A stretch of DNA of 61,079 nt from Hormoscilla sp. GTDB lineage: Bacteria; Cyanobacteriota; Cyanobacteriia; Cyanobacteriales; Desertifilaceae. The notes beneath the pieces are model-generated. The model ran no database searches. It had not been told where the DNA came from and was given only the letters and a program-made list of their open reading frames with translations. The stretch's first letter is position 1; every line of letters starts with the position of its first letter. Position numbers and translations under genes: made by a program. Below are positions 9,874 through 19,202 of this stretch, piece by piece. Where the stretch lies: positions 1 through 61,079 of the forward strand of contig JBFRWI010000180.1 of NCBI GenBank assembly GCA_051439505.1. Direction: 5' to 3'.

Positions 9874-10299
9874 TCACGCGATCGCATTAGTATTGTCCGA
9901 GATATCTGCCTTTAATGATTCTACAATATTCCCAACTTCAAGGTCTTGGTATAGCAAAATTTCTTCATATAAAACTCTGGCAGACTCATCATTACAAATG
10001 CGGTAATGCAGAATTTCTGTCCATTCTGGGGCCCGCGCCATCAACTCAGGCAGAACCTTGACAAAAGCGAGCAGTTGTGCTTTCATATCAAAGGATTCCA
10101 GAAAATGGATCAAATCCCACATGACATCCTGCTGCTGACAGCGATCGTCTAAAACTAGATGCAACTCGGGTAACCAGCGGTTTTGGGGATTTTGGGCCAG
10201 TTCAGTTAAGGCATTCTCAAAAGCGGCGATTTCAAAAGCGCATCGCATGAGTCTATTTGCCTGTAATATGTCAATCAAAGTAGATGATATCTGGTCCAT
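9874..10299 (-). CDS. Putative Imm30-family immunity protein (orphan)
   Basis: The pattern ANRLMR..E..AFENAL, LHLVLDD..QQ.DVM..LIHFLESF, APEWT.ILH.RI.N matches recalled cyanobacterial Imm30 proteins. Confidence 0.6.
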   Translation of the reverse strand: MDQISSTLIDILQANRLMRCAFEIAAFENALTELAQNPQNRWLPELHLVLDDRCQQQDVMWDLIHFLESFDMKAQLLAFVKVLPELMARAPEWTEILHYRICNDESARVLYEEILLYQDLEVGNIVESLKADISDNTNAIA

Positions 10300-10328
10300 C
10301 TTATATTTGGTAATCTAACTGTAGGGGC

Positions 10329-10569
10329 GAATGGCACTGACTTAAAGCTGTCATTGCGAGGGGGGAGTCCAAACCGAGATTGTGAGGAACTCGACCAACA
10401 GCCCCCCGAAGCAATCTCCTACCCCTACCGACACCCGCGAGATTGCTAGCCCTCCTGCGTCGGGCCGCTACGCTAACGGGGGGGAATGATAATTTGAATA
10501 ATGATTGATAGCTTTTCCCCCCCCCCTCGCAATGACATTAAGGGCTTTTTTCTTAAGTCAGTACCATTC
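10329..10569. mobile_element. MITE (IS4-like TIRs) with an 11-bp target-site duplication
   Basis: TIRs GAATGGCACTGACTTAA / TTAAGTCAGTACCATTC. ACTGTAGGGGC is duplicated at 10318-10328 and 10570-10580. Internal IR TGTCATTGCGAGGGGGG. Confidence 0.82.
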
Positions 10570-10742
10570 ACTGTAGGGGCGTTAGCGCAGCGGCTGCGCA
10601 GCAGCTAGCATTCGGGCGACAAATTATGGCATAAATCTACAGATGCACTATCCGATTTTTCCGGAACGGTATGCTTCGCCCGGCGCGTCGTGAAATACAC
10701 CAGACTCTCTCCTTGTTACACGGTATTTCACCTCTCAGCATT

Positions 10743-11327
10743 TTAGTGATTGAATGCGATCGCCACACCTATAATCCCACCAAGTATTGTAATTACGATT
10801 TGAACGGGAAATCCCATAATCACTGCCAAAAATGTTATTACACCGATGCCAATCAGAACGCCAACAGCAATTTGTCCTCCCGTAGGTTTGGATGATGACG
10901 AAGAAGGTTTGCTTGATGATGAACTGCTTGACGGTGAACTGCTTGATGGTGGCGACCACAATTGCGACGACTTTGGGTATATAAAATCAGGCCATCTCTT
11001 CCAGTTAGGTTCATGTGTCGTGTAATAAGCCTCAACAATTTGATTACCCCAATATTTACCTTGTATCATTCTTGCTGCTCTTTTTTGTTTCTCGCTATAT
11101 GGCTCTAAAATACTCCCAAAATCATACCGCTCTACCAAAAAATTCGGCTTTACCAACCCAAAATTTACCATAAAATCTACATAAATATATAGCGAACCTG
11201 GATATTTTCTACTTGGATCTGCTATTATAGGATTCAAGTGTATTTTTATACCAATTTTAGCTTCTATGTATTCTATCACATCACTCTTTGTGACGTGAGA
11301 TGGAACATTGTCGATTACTAAAGTCAT
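10743..11327 (-). CDS. Hypothetical membrane protein: divergent RRM-like domain, Ser-rich linker and two C-terminal TM helices
   Basis: TLVIDNVPSHVTKSDV..., YIYVDF and AARMIQGKYWGNQIVEA resemble the RRM layout. Poly-Ser and a hydrophobic tail follow. Confidence 0.5.
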   Translation of the reverse strand: MTLVIDNVPSHVTKSDVIEYIEAKIGIKIHLNPIIADPSRKYPGSLYIYVDFMVNFGLVKPNFLVERYDFGSILEPYSEKQKRAARMIQGKYWGNQIVEAYYTTHEPNWKRWPDFIYPKSSQLWSPPSSSSPSSSSSSSKPSSSSSKPTGGQIAVGVLIGIGVITFLAVIMGFPVQIVITILGGIIGVAIAFNH

Positions 11328-11477
11328 GACTTTTACCTTCTTGTTGAAGATTGTCTGCGATCGATCGGGACTTTCGGAAAAACTAGATTAACATCAAACC
11401 ATTTCACCGATGCACATAAGGGTCGATTTCGCCTCGCCGGACCCAGGCGATCGGCCCAAGCAAGAAACACAATATTT

Positions 11478-11533
11478 TTAGTCGGTTTTCAACCGACTTT
11501 AGCTATTAGCCGTGGGTTTGAACCCACGGCGGT
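11478..11533. repeat. REP-like double hairpin (AGTCGGTT..AACCGACT / CCGTGGGTTTGAACCCACGG)
   Basis: An inverted copy lies at about 23407-23460. Confidence 0.7.
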
Positions 11534-11567
11534 CTAACAACGAAGCGAGAAGCGAGAAGCGAGAGAA

Positions 11568-12503
11568 TCACTCCCGCGAAACTGGAACATCATAAGTAAA
11601 GAAATCATAAGCCATTTTCGTGTGGGGGAAAATCGCCCGCGCTTCTGCCAGCAAATTATCCAGCCCGATCGCATTACCCGGAGCGTAGCGGGGGCTAAAA
11701 TGAGTCATAATCAACTGCTTCACCTGGGCTAAATGAGCCACTTGGGCTGCCATTGTACTGGTAGAATGCAGGCGATCGTAAGCCATTTGAGCATCTTGAT
11801 GGGCAAAAGTCGCCTCGTGAACCAAGACATCTGCTTGCTGGGCCAACTCCACCGCCCGATCGCAGAAGATAGTATCGGTACAATAGACAAACTTGCGTCC
11901 CGGTTGAGTCGGACCGCACAAAGAAGCACCATTAATCTTGCGACCATCTGGCAGATCCACCCATTCCCCGCGCTTCAGCCTACCATAAACCGGACCCGAG
12001 GGAATGCCTAAAGCCTTAGCTTTTTCCACATTAAAGCGTCCCGGTCGGTCTTTTTCCGCGATCCGGTAACCAAAGGCGGGCACCCGATGGTGCAAAGGAC
12101 CGCAACTGACAGTAAATTCTTCATTCTCAAATATCACTCCCGGCTCCACCTCGTGAACCTTCAGGGGATAAGATAAATGAGTTTGGGAACAGCGCAGACA
12201 ACCTTGCAGATACTCATTCAGCTTCGGCGGGCCGTAGATATCCATCCGATCCATATTACCCGCCAAGCCGCAACTGGCCAACAGACCCATCAAGCCGAAA
12301 ATATGGTCCCCGTGCATGTGGGTAACAAATATGCGTCGCAACTGACTGACTCTCAGGTCGCTGCGCAGAAACTGGTGCTGAGTCCCTTCCCCGCAGTCAA
12401 ACAGCCAGACCTCTGCCTTTTGGGGTAGCCGTAACGCGATCGCCGACACGTTGCGCGATCGGGTGGGTACACCGGAGCTGGTTCCTAGGAATGTAATCTG
12501 CAA
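11568..12503 (-). CDS. rnz: Ribonuclease Z
   Basis: [32 protein letters not shown] and THFSPRY. Confidence 0.96.
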   Translation of the reverse strand: MQITFLGTSSGVPTRSRNVSAIALRLPQKAEVWLFDCGEGTQHQFLRSDLRVSQLRRIFVTHMHGDHIFGLMGLLASCGLAGNMDRMDIYGPPKLNEYLQGCLRCSQTHLSYPLKVHEVEPGVIFENEEFTVSCGPLHHRVPAFGYRIAEKDRPGRFNVEKAKALGIPSGPVYGRLKRGEWVDLPDGRKINGASLCGPTQPGRKFVYCTDTIFCDRAVELAQQADVLVHEATFAHQDAQMAYDRLHSTSTMAAQVAHLAQVKQLIMTHFSPRYAPGNAIGLDNLLAEARAIFPHTKMAYDFFTYDVPVSRE

Positions 12504-12576
12504 AACGCTTTTATATCTATAATAGAGAGTTGATGTGAGTTCTGAGATGATTTTATCATATTAACCCGAAAATCGG

Positions 12577-12825
12577 GGGTGTGGTCAAAACCCCTTGATA
12601 AAAATACCGATACCCCAGCCCGTCGTGGGTGGCCCTGGGAGTCTCTGGAGAGGTTTACAACCTCAACGGAGAGGTTTACAACCTCAACGGAGAGGTTTAA
12701 AACCTCAACGGAGAGGTTTAAAACCTCAACGGAGAGGTTTACAACCTCAACGGTGGGGCACAGGTGGGGACACGACTGGCGATCCTTCGGCTTTTGACCC
12801 GACCCAACTGGTTTTGACCACACCC
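12577..12825. mobile_element. MITE with TIR GGGTGTGGTCAAAACC and a 9-bp TSD, carrying a 21-nt tandem repeat
   Basis: TSD GAAAATCGG at 12568-12576 and 12826-12834. Five copies of GAGAGGTTTAMAACCTCAACG at about 12648-12752. Confidence 0.88.
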
Positions 12826-12939
12826 GAAAATCGGTCATCAGCTGGGGCGAGCATTGAGTCACAACCCGATCGAGGCCGAAACCATCGCGCCCCTAGGGGC
12901 CGTCTCAGCTTCTCTGGTTAGAGTTAGGGAAAAACACAG

Positions 12940-14100
12940 ATGATATTTCGACGATACTTCCTATTTGCCCAGTTAGGAAAACATTGGTGGGTGACTCTGC
13001 TATTGTGGATAGCGATGTTCAATCCCAACCTAGCGGCTGCCTTAGAACTGCGAGTCGCGATCGAACGAGAAGTCAAGCAAGTGCAAGTGGGCAGTTCCTC
13101 GGCGGCCACAGTCAAGAATGCTGCCGGGGAAACCCTCGGAGAACTGAATGCCATGTCAGGCTTTGTCGCTCAACCCCAGGATAGCACTGTGGCCCTGTCC
13201 AAATGGCAAGCTAGTCAAATTTGGATTGAACCCGCAGATAATGGCTTAGTCTGGATAGGCGATCGCTGGTATCGGGGGCGCGTCCTCCTGGTCCCCACAT
13301 CCCAAGGACTCACTGCTGTCAACTACGTAGACATCGAACATTATCTCTACAGCGTCTTAGGAGGGGAAATGCCCCCTAGTTGGCCCCTAGAAGCCCTGAA
13401 AGCCCAAGCAGTGTCCGCCCGTTCCTACGCCTTGTATCGGCGGGAGAGGACCGCCAATAAAATCTATGATGTCGGCAATACCACTACTTGGCAAGTTTAC
13501 AAAGGCGTCGAAGATGAATATGTCAGCACCCAACAAGCCGTAAATGCCACAGCGGGTCAAGTTCTCATCCACGATGGTAAGATTATCGAAGCCGTTTTCC
13601 ACTCCTCATCAGGAGGGCACACCGAAAATGTCGAAGATATCTGGACAGCGCCCCTACCCTACTTGCGAGCAGTTCCCGACTTCGATCAGAAAGCACCCGT
13701 GTACGAATGGAAAAAAACCTTTTCGGGAGATACTCTCAGCAGTTTAATTAGCGGTGTCGGCAATATTTTATCCCTAACTCCAGAACGGACCACACCTCGC
13801 GGACGCATTATCACCATGAAAGTTATCGGCGATCGAGGGGAGAAAGTCGTCACTGGCAAGGAACTGCGGAAACTGCTAAACCTGAAAAGCACTTTATTTA
13901 CTATCACTCCCCTTGGGGAAAGTGCAGAGGATGAAGATGCACCCCCAAGCAGTTTCCAAGTAGTCGGTCGCGGTTTCGGACATGGACTGGGGCTGTCTCA
14001 ATATGGCGCTAACGCCTTAGCTCGACGGGGATACAACTATCAGCAGATTTTACTGCATTACTATAGCAAAACATCTCTTGCCCGCATTGAAGCCGAGTGA
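12940..14100 (+). CDS. SpoIID/LytB domain protein
   Basis: EALKAQAVSARSYA, FHSSSGGHTE and GRGFGHGLGLSQYGA. Confidence 0.92.
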   Translation: MIFRRYFLFAQLGKHWWVTLLLWIAMFNPNLAAALELRVAIEREVKQVQVGSSSAATVKNAAGETLGELNAMSGFVAQPQDSTVALSKWQASQIWIEPADNGLVWIGDRWYRGRVLLVPTSQGLTAVNYVDIEHYLYSVLGGEMPPSWPLEALKAQAVSARSYALYRRERTANKIYDVGNTTTWQVYKGVEDEYVSTQQAVNATAGQVLIHDGKIIEAVFHSSSGGHTENVEDIWTAPLPYLRAVPDFDQKAPVYEWKKTFSGDTLSSLISGVGNILSLTPERTTPRGRIITMKVIGDRGEKVVTGKELRKLLNLKSTLFTITPLGESAEDEDAPPSSFQVVGRGFGHGLGLSQYGANALARRGYNYQQILLHYYSKTSLARIEAE

Positions 14101-14201
14101 TTGACCAATTGTTGAATTTCCCTGGTGACTAGGGAACGTGACCAGGGAGACCCTGGTCACGAGGCAAAAATCCCCCTGGTCATGAGGCAACCATCTAATA
14201 T

Positions 14202-14750
14202 TTAAAAGTAAGCATCTGGTTCTAAAACCCAGATCAGATAACCTTTTCTGGTTTGGGTCAAGAAGACCTTATCCCCTTCGTTAGTCAATTGCTCGGCAAT
14301 TTTTAAAGCTTTCTCCCGATCGGGAACGTTCTTGAAGAAACTGTAATATTTGCCCGAGACCTCAATAGCGGCCAATGGTTTTTTCACATCGGGCACGCTA
14401 ATCTTACAGGGTTGATACTGCGATCGGTCTAAGATGGGGGAATTCGCTTCTTTTGTCGGGGGACTGGCAGATGCAGAGGATTTCTGCACAGATTTTAAGA
14501 ATGCTTTTGCTTCCCAGACCCAGATAGCATAGCCTTTTGGTATAGCGGTCAGCATTACACTATCCCCCCGCTTGACTAGCTTTTCTGCTAATTCTACGGC
14601 TTTTTGCTCATCGGGGACGACTTTCAGCAGACTGTAATACTTGTCCCCGACATTAATTGCTGCTAAGGGGTCAGTCAGGTCCGGCACCCAGACCTGACAA
14701 CGGCGATACTCGGAGGGAGATTTTAAGATGAGGTAGTTTGGGTTTGACAC
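14202..14750 (-). CDS. Conserved cyanobacterial hypothetical protein with two internal repeats
   Basis: Duplicated module C...VPD...PLAAI.V..KYYS..K.VPD..KA...A..L...GD...LT...KGY.IWV.E..A. Confidence 0.75.
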   Translation of the reverse strand: MSNPNYLILKSPSEYRRCQVWVPDLTDPLAAINVGDKYYSLLKVVPDEQKAVELAEKLVKRGDSVMLTAIPKGYAIWVWEAKAFLKSVQKSSASASPPTKEANSPILDRSQYQPCKISVPDVKKPLAAIEVSGKYYSFFKNVPDREKALKIAEQLTNEGDKVFLTQTRKGYLIWVLEPDAYF

Positions 14751-14908
14751 GATGGTGAGGGAGTTTTCTGCGGAATGCTACGCAAACGGGCTAAAAGGGT
14801 GCATTGAGATGCACGGGCGAAGCATTACGATAGGTAATTTATCAACTTATGTCAGAGATTGTCGCCGTAATGCTTCGCCCCTACAGATATTTTTATCCTA
14901 TCAATATT

Positions 14909-15310
14909 CTAATTTGTCGGCTCGACATTGGCATGCTTGAGAACCGACTGATGTAGAATTAACCGGTTGCCTTGCGGATCGTAAGCGTAGATTTCTCTGC
15001 CGTGGGATGCACCTATAATCTCTCCATCTGGTGCATAACCTAGAGTCCCCAGATGGGAGATCGCCCTTTCCAAGTCATCCACTTCTAAGCATAAACTCAT
15101 ACTACCACTGGATTGGCGCTCAAATTCTTGCCAATGGGAGTTTTTTGGCTTAAATATCCCCAAGCGCAACCCCGGCAGATGAAATTCCGCATACTGCTGT
15201 CCGACGATCGCATCCGGTTGTCGTCCCAGCAACTGGACATAGAATGCCAGCATTTTCTCCATCTCCTCAGCTGCTATAGTCACAAATGCTTGACTAAAAT
15301 TAAAACTCAT
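14909..15310 (-). CDS. VOC/glyoxalase family protein
   Basis: MSLCLEVDDLE and HGREIYAYDPQGNRLILH. Confidence 0.85.
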   Translation of the reverse strand: MSFNFSQAFVTIAAEEMEKMLAFYVQLLGRQPDAIVGQQYAEFHLPGLRLGIFKPKNSHWQEFERQSSGSMSLCLEVDDLERAISHLGTLGYAPDGEIIGASHGREIYAYDPQGNRLILHQSVLKHANVEPTN

Positions 15311-15321
15311 GCTATCTCGGC

Positions 15322-15690
15322 TCAATCCAACCACTCACTCAGATCGGGTTGTTTGCGTTCCCTTGCTTTGATATAATCATCCAGCGTCCGCTGATAGTCA
15401 GCTGGCTTGGGCCGCTGGACTCGGACTCGGCCCGAATGGCCAGCCCCTTTGCGGGTCTTGGGGGGTTGGGGGGCCCGGGTCTTAGAAACGGTCAGAATTG
15501 ACCGCAAGCGATCGCGAGCTTCATTGATCTGTCTCATTTTCTCATGAGCCTTCTGTTGCAGCCGGGGAAACTGGGCAAAGCGATCGGGGTGCCAGACGAT
15601 CGCCAAATCCTTATAGCCTTGGGAGACTTCCTCTAGCGAAGCCCCCGGTTCTAGTTCCAGGATTCTATAATAATAAGCTACATCTGTCAT
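15322..15690 (-). CDS. J-domain protein
   Basis: YYRILEL...YKDLAIVWHPDRF...INEA (HPD motif). Confidence 0.88.
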   Translation of the reverse strand: MTDVAYYYRILELEPGASLEEVSQGYKDLAIVWHPDRFAQFPRLQQKAHEKMRQINEARDRLRSILTVSKTRAPQPPKTRKGAGHSGRVRVQRPKPADYQRTLDDYIKARERKQPDLSEWLD

Positions 15691-15946
15691 ATCTAACAGC
15701 CCTCCCACGACGAACACATAGCGATCGCATTTTGCTCTGATTTGAGCTGACTGAGACAATTTCGACAAATATCGTAAAAAAAATATATAATATCAAGGTT
15801 TTATTTAACTTAAGTTAACGTTTTTTTATTTACCAGTCTCATAAGTGCTCGAACCGTTAAAAAAACTTTAATCACCGAGCCAGTCTCAAGGGACTCTGGG
15901 AAACTAGAAAGGCACATTTATAGAAGTCTGTGAGGGTTTGGTCACA

Positions 15947-17116
15947 ATGAAGCTGGCAGCAAGAGTAAGTCAGGTAACGCCTTCCTTAACCATGAGTGTT
16001 ACCGCCAAGGCCCTGGGGATGAAGGCAGAAGGGATTGATGTCTGTAGTTTCAGCGCTGGAGAACCGGATTTTGATACGCCGGCCCATATTAAGGCCGCAG
16101 CTCAGCAAGCACTGGATGACGGTAAAACTAGGTATGGCCCGGCAGCAGGGGAACCCAGGTTACGAGAGGCGATCGCCCGCAAGCTACAACATGATAATCG
16201 GCTAAACATCGACGCGGAAAATGTGATCGTCACTAATGGTGGCAAGCATTCTCTGTACAACCTGATGATGGCCCTGATCGAACCAGGTGATGAGGTGATT
16301 ATCCCCGTTCCCTACTGGGTGAGTTACCCGGAAATGGTGAAATTAGCCGGTGGAACGCCAGTGTTTGTACGGACAACTGCCGCGACTGGATATAAAATTA
16401 CTCCCGCACAGCTGCGTCAGGCGATAACACCGCAAACGAAGCTGTTTGTGCTCAATTCTCCGTCCAATCCTACGGGAATGGTTTATACGCCGGCGGAGAT
16501 CTCCGCCCTGGCAGAAGTGGTGGTGGAGCAGGATATTCTGGTAGTTTCCGACGAGATCTATGAGAAGATTCTCTATGAGGGTGCAGAACACTTGAGTATC
16601 GGTGCGGTTAGCCATGAGGCATTTGTCCGGACGATCGTCAGCAATGGGTTTGCTAAAGCTTACTCGATGACGGGTTGGCGGGTTGGCTATCTGGCGGGTG
16701 CAGTAGAACTGATAAAAGCTTGCAGTAAGATCCAAGGACATAGTACATCAAATGTCTGCACATTCGCGCAGTATGGGGCGATCGCGGCCTTGTCAGAGTC
16801 CCAAGATTGTGTAGAACGAATGCGCCTGGCTTTTTCCCAACGGCGTGAGATAATGCTAGAAAGGATCAACGCTATATCCGGACTTAGCTGTGTTGTGAAA
16901 CCAGAGGGAGCGTTCTACCTGTTTGTAGATATTAGTAAAACAGGTTTGAATTCTCGGGAATTTAGCAATTCGCTGTTAGAATCCCAGCATGTGGCAGTGA
17001 TTCCCGGAATTGCCTTTGGGGCTGACGACCATATCCGCTTGTCCTATGCCACTGACATGAGGACGATCGAAAAAGGGATGGATAGGCTAGAAAAATTCGT
17101 CCGCTCTCTAGTTTAA
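15947..17116 (+). CDS. aspC: Aspartate aminotransferase (class I PLP-dependent)
   Basis: [19 protein letters not shown] and [11 protein letters not shown]. Confidence 0.9.
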   Translation: MKLAARVSQVTPSLTMSVTAKALGMKAEGIDVCSFSAGEPDFDTPAHIKAAAQQALDDGKTRYGPAAGEPRLREAIARKLQHDNRLNIDAENVIVTNGGKHSLYNLMMALIEPGDEVIIPVPYWVSYPEMVKLAGGTPVFVRTTAATGYKITPAQLRQAITPQTKLFVLNSPSNPTGMVYTPAEISALAEVVVEQDILVVSDEIYEKILYEGAEHLSIGAVSHEAFVRTIVSNGFAKAYSMTGWRVGYLAGAVELIKACSKIQGHSTSNVCTFAQYGAIAALSESQDCVERMRLAFSQRREIMLERINAISGLSCVVKPEGAFYLFVDISKTGLNSREFSNSLLESQHVAVIPGIAFGADDHIRLSYATDMRTIEKGMDRLEKFVRSLV

Positions 17117-17222
17117 TATACACCGAAGTCCAGTTGAGATGAATGTAAGAGCCAGTATTGGAGTCAAATCAACCATGACTGAAAGGGGAGCATCTCACTT
17201 TTGCATTTTTGCAACAATATTC

Positions 17223-17263
17223 GCTAATTGCTAATTGCTAATTGCTAATTGCTAATTGCTAAT
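17223..17263. repeat. Heptamer tandem repeat GCTAATT (STRR-type), about 6 copies
   Basis: Direct reading of the sequence. Confidence 0.85.
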
Positions 17264-17723
17264 TTCCTCCTTGTCTCCCTTGTCCCCCTTGTCTTTTGCA
17301 AATATGAGATGCACCCACTGAAAGTCTATTACCCCAAGCATCTGCCTGGGGGTTCCTTCGCAAATGTAATCTTGACGGACTGACATTTTTAGCTCCCCTT
17401 TAAGAAAACTTGACAAATCGACAATACTGTGCTTAGATGGGAAATAGAGCATATAAGCTGTCGCGCATTGAAATTGCTAGGATCCAAATGCTGAAACCCT
17501 TGCCCTAAGAGGGTTTCCCAATTTGGAATTCTGAATGAGAGAATTTTGAATTGCTTACCCACGTGAGTTCGACAGATGTTCAAACCCTTATTTCGCGTCG
17601 GGTCGCGTCGGGTTGAAAATGCCTCAAACCCCCATTATTGCGTTGGAGATCTCCCGAACTCCGAAAGACGAACTCCGAAGGACGAACTCACGTTTACCCC
17701 TACCCCCTTGCAAAAATTAAGCC

Positions 17724-19166
17724 ATGAACCTGAGACAAGTTTTACCTTCGGGATTTGGAATTGTATTTTTGGTAGTGATAATCAATACCATAGTTTCCGA
17801 AGTAACGACAAACACTCTAGAAGATTCTGCCAAATGGATAGCCCACACTCATCAAGTTAAGGTATTTTTGGCAAAGTTAGAAAAAACTTTAGTCGATGCG
17901 GAAACCGGACAAAGAGGTTTTATTTTCTCTGGTGAAGAGGTATTTTTAGAACCCTACGATCGAGCATTATATAGCATAGACGACCAAATAGAAAATCTGG
18001 CAGAAAATATATCCGATAATGCCGTGCAAACAAATAATTTACAAGAGGTTCGAGAATTAGCCAGAAAAAAACTTGAGGAGTTAGAAACGACGATCGTTTA
18101 TAAAAGATCTGGTAGAGAAGCGGAATTAAGAAAGTTAGTATTGTCGGGCCTGGGCCGGGAGATTATGGACGAGATCAGGGTCAAAATTGAGGAAATGGAA
18201 AAAATAGAAGATCGCTTACTCGATGAAAGATACCAAGCAGCAAAAGGAGCTTCTATCTTAGTGAGAATTGTGAATTTTGGCAGTTTAGGGATAATTTTAA
18301 TAGTTTGCGTAATCACTGTATTGATGATTAACAAAATTGCGATCGCACCAATTAACGAAATTGCTAGCACGATCGCCAGTTATACTGCTCAAATTGCTAC
18401 TACTATTCAAGAACAAGAACGGGTGGCTGCCGAACAGGCAAATTCCGTGAGTACCACCACTACAACCATGAATGAATTAAGCGCGTCTTCCCGGCAATGT
18501 TCGGAGCAAGCCCAGTTGACTGTGAAGGCAGCACGAGAGGCCCTTCAGGTAGCAGAAAATGGCGGTGTATATGTGGCGGAAACTTTAGAGGGAATGACGC
18601 AGCTAAAGGAAAAGGTAGGAGAGATAGCTAGTCAAATATTCAAGCTTAACGAACAAAATAATGAAATCGGGACTATTTCTAAAATGGTTAGCGATATGGC
18701 TAACGAAACAAATATGTTAGCCCTTAATGCTGCGGTAGAAGCCGTGCGGGCTGGAGAAAATGGCAAGGGTTTTTCCGTGGTAGCTGGGGAAATTCGGAAA
18801 TTAGCAGAACAAAGCCGGGAATCTGCTAAAAAAATTAACGATTTGGTTATGGAAATTCAAGACTTAATTAATTCAACCAGGTCGGTTACGGATGCAGGAA
18901 CTCAAACTGTAAATTTGGGTATGAAAGTTACGGAAGAAACAACAGGAGCATTCCATGAAATTGCTGATGCTGTCAATAATGTTGTCATAAATAACGAAGC
19001 AATTAATCTTAATACCCAGCAGCAGGCGGCGGCTGTTTTGCAAGTATTAGAAGCGATGAATGCTCTGGAAAATGCTTCTAGAGAAACGGGAGCAGGAATT
19101 AGTCAAACGCGACTGGGTACCGAACATTTAAACCAGGCGGCTTTGGCTCTTAAGGCGATTGTTTAG
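17724..19166 (+). CDS. Methyl-accepting chemotaxis protein with a CHASE3 sensor domain
   Basis: AETGQRGF (CHASE3) and ETNMLALNAAVEAVRAGENGKGFSVVAGEIRKLAEQS (MCP signal). Confidence 0.93.
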   Translation: MNLRQVLPSGFGIVFLVVIINTIVSEVTTNTLEDSAKWIAHTHQVKVFLAKLEKTLVDAETGQRGFIFSGEEVFLEPYDRALYSIDDQIENLAENISDNAVQTNNLQEVRELARKKLEELETTIVYKRSGREAELRKLVLSGLGREIMDEIRVKIEEMEKIEDRLLDERYQAAKGASILVRIVNFGSLGIILIVCVITVLMINKIAIAPINEIASTIASYTAQIATTIQEQERVAAEQANSVSTTTTTMNELSASSRQCSEQAQLTVKAAREALQVAENGGVYVAETLEGMTQLKEKVGEIASQIFKLNEQNNEIGTISKMVSDMANETNMLALNAAVEAVRAGENGKGFSVVAGEIRKLAEQSRESAKKINDLVMEIQDLINSTRSVTDAGTQTVNLGMKVTEETTGAFHEIADAVNNVVINNEAINLNTQQQAAAVLQVLEAMNALENASRETGAGISQTRLGTEHLNQAALALKAIV

Positions 19167-19202
19167 TTACTGGAGATTGTCCTGCAGATGAGGCTAATAT
19201 TG

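Noticed and set aside
12648..12752. 21-nt repeats as a CRISPR array
   Set aside because: Head-to-tail repeats with no unique spacers, inside a MITE, and no cas genes.
12485..12921. Repetitive ORFs over the MITE (also 43416-43741)
   Set aside because: They are translations of repeat elements.
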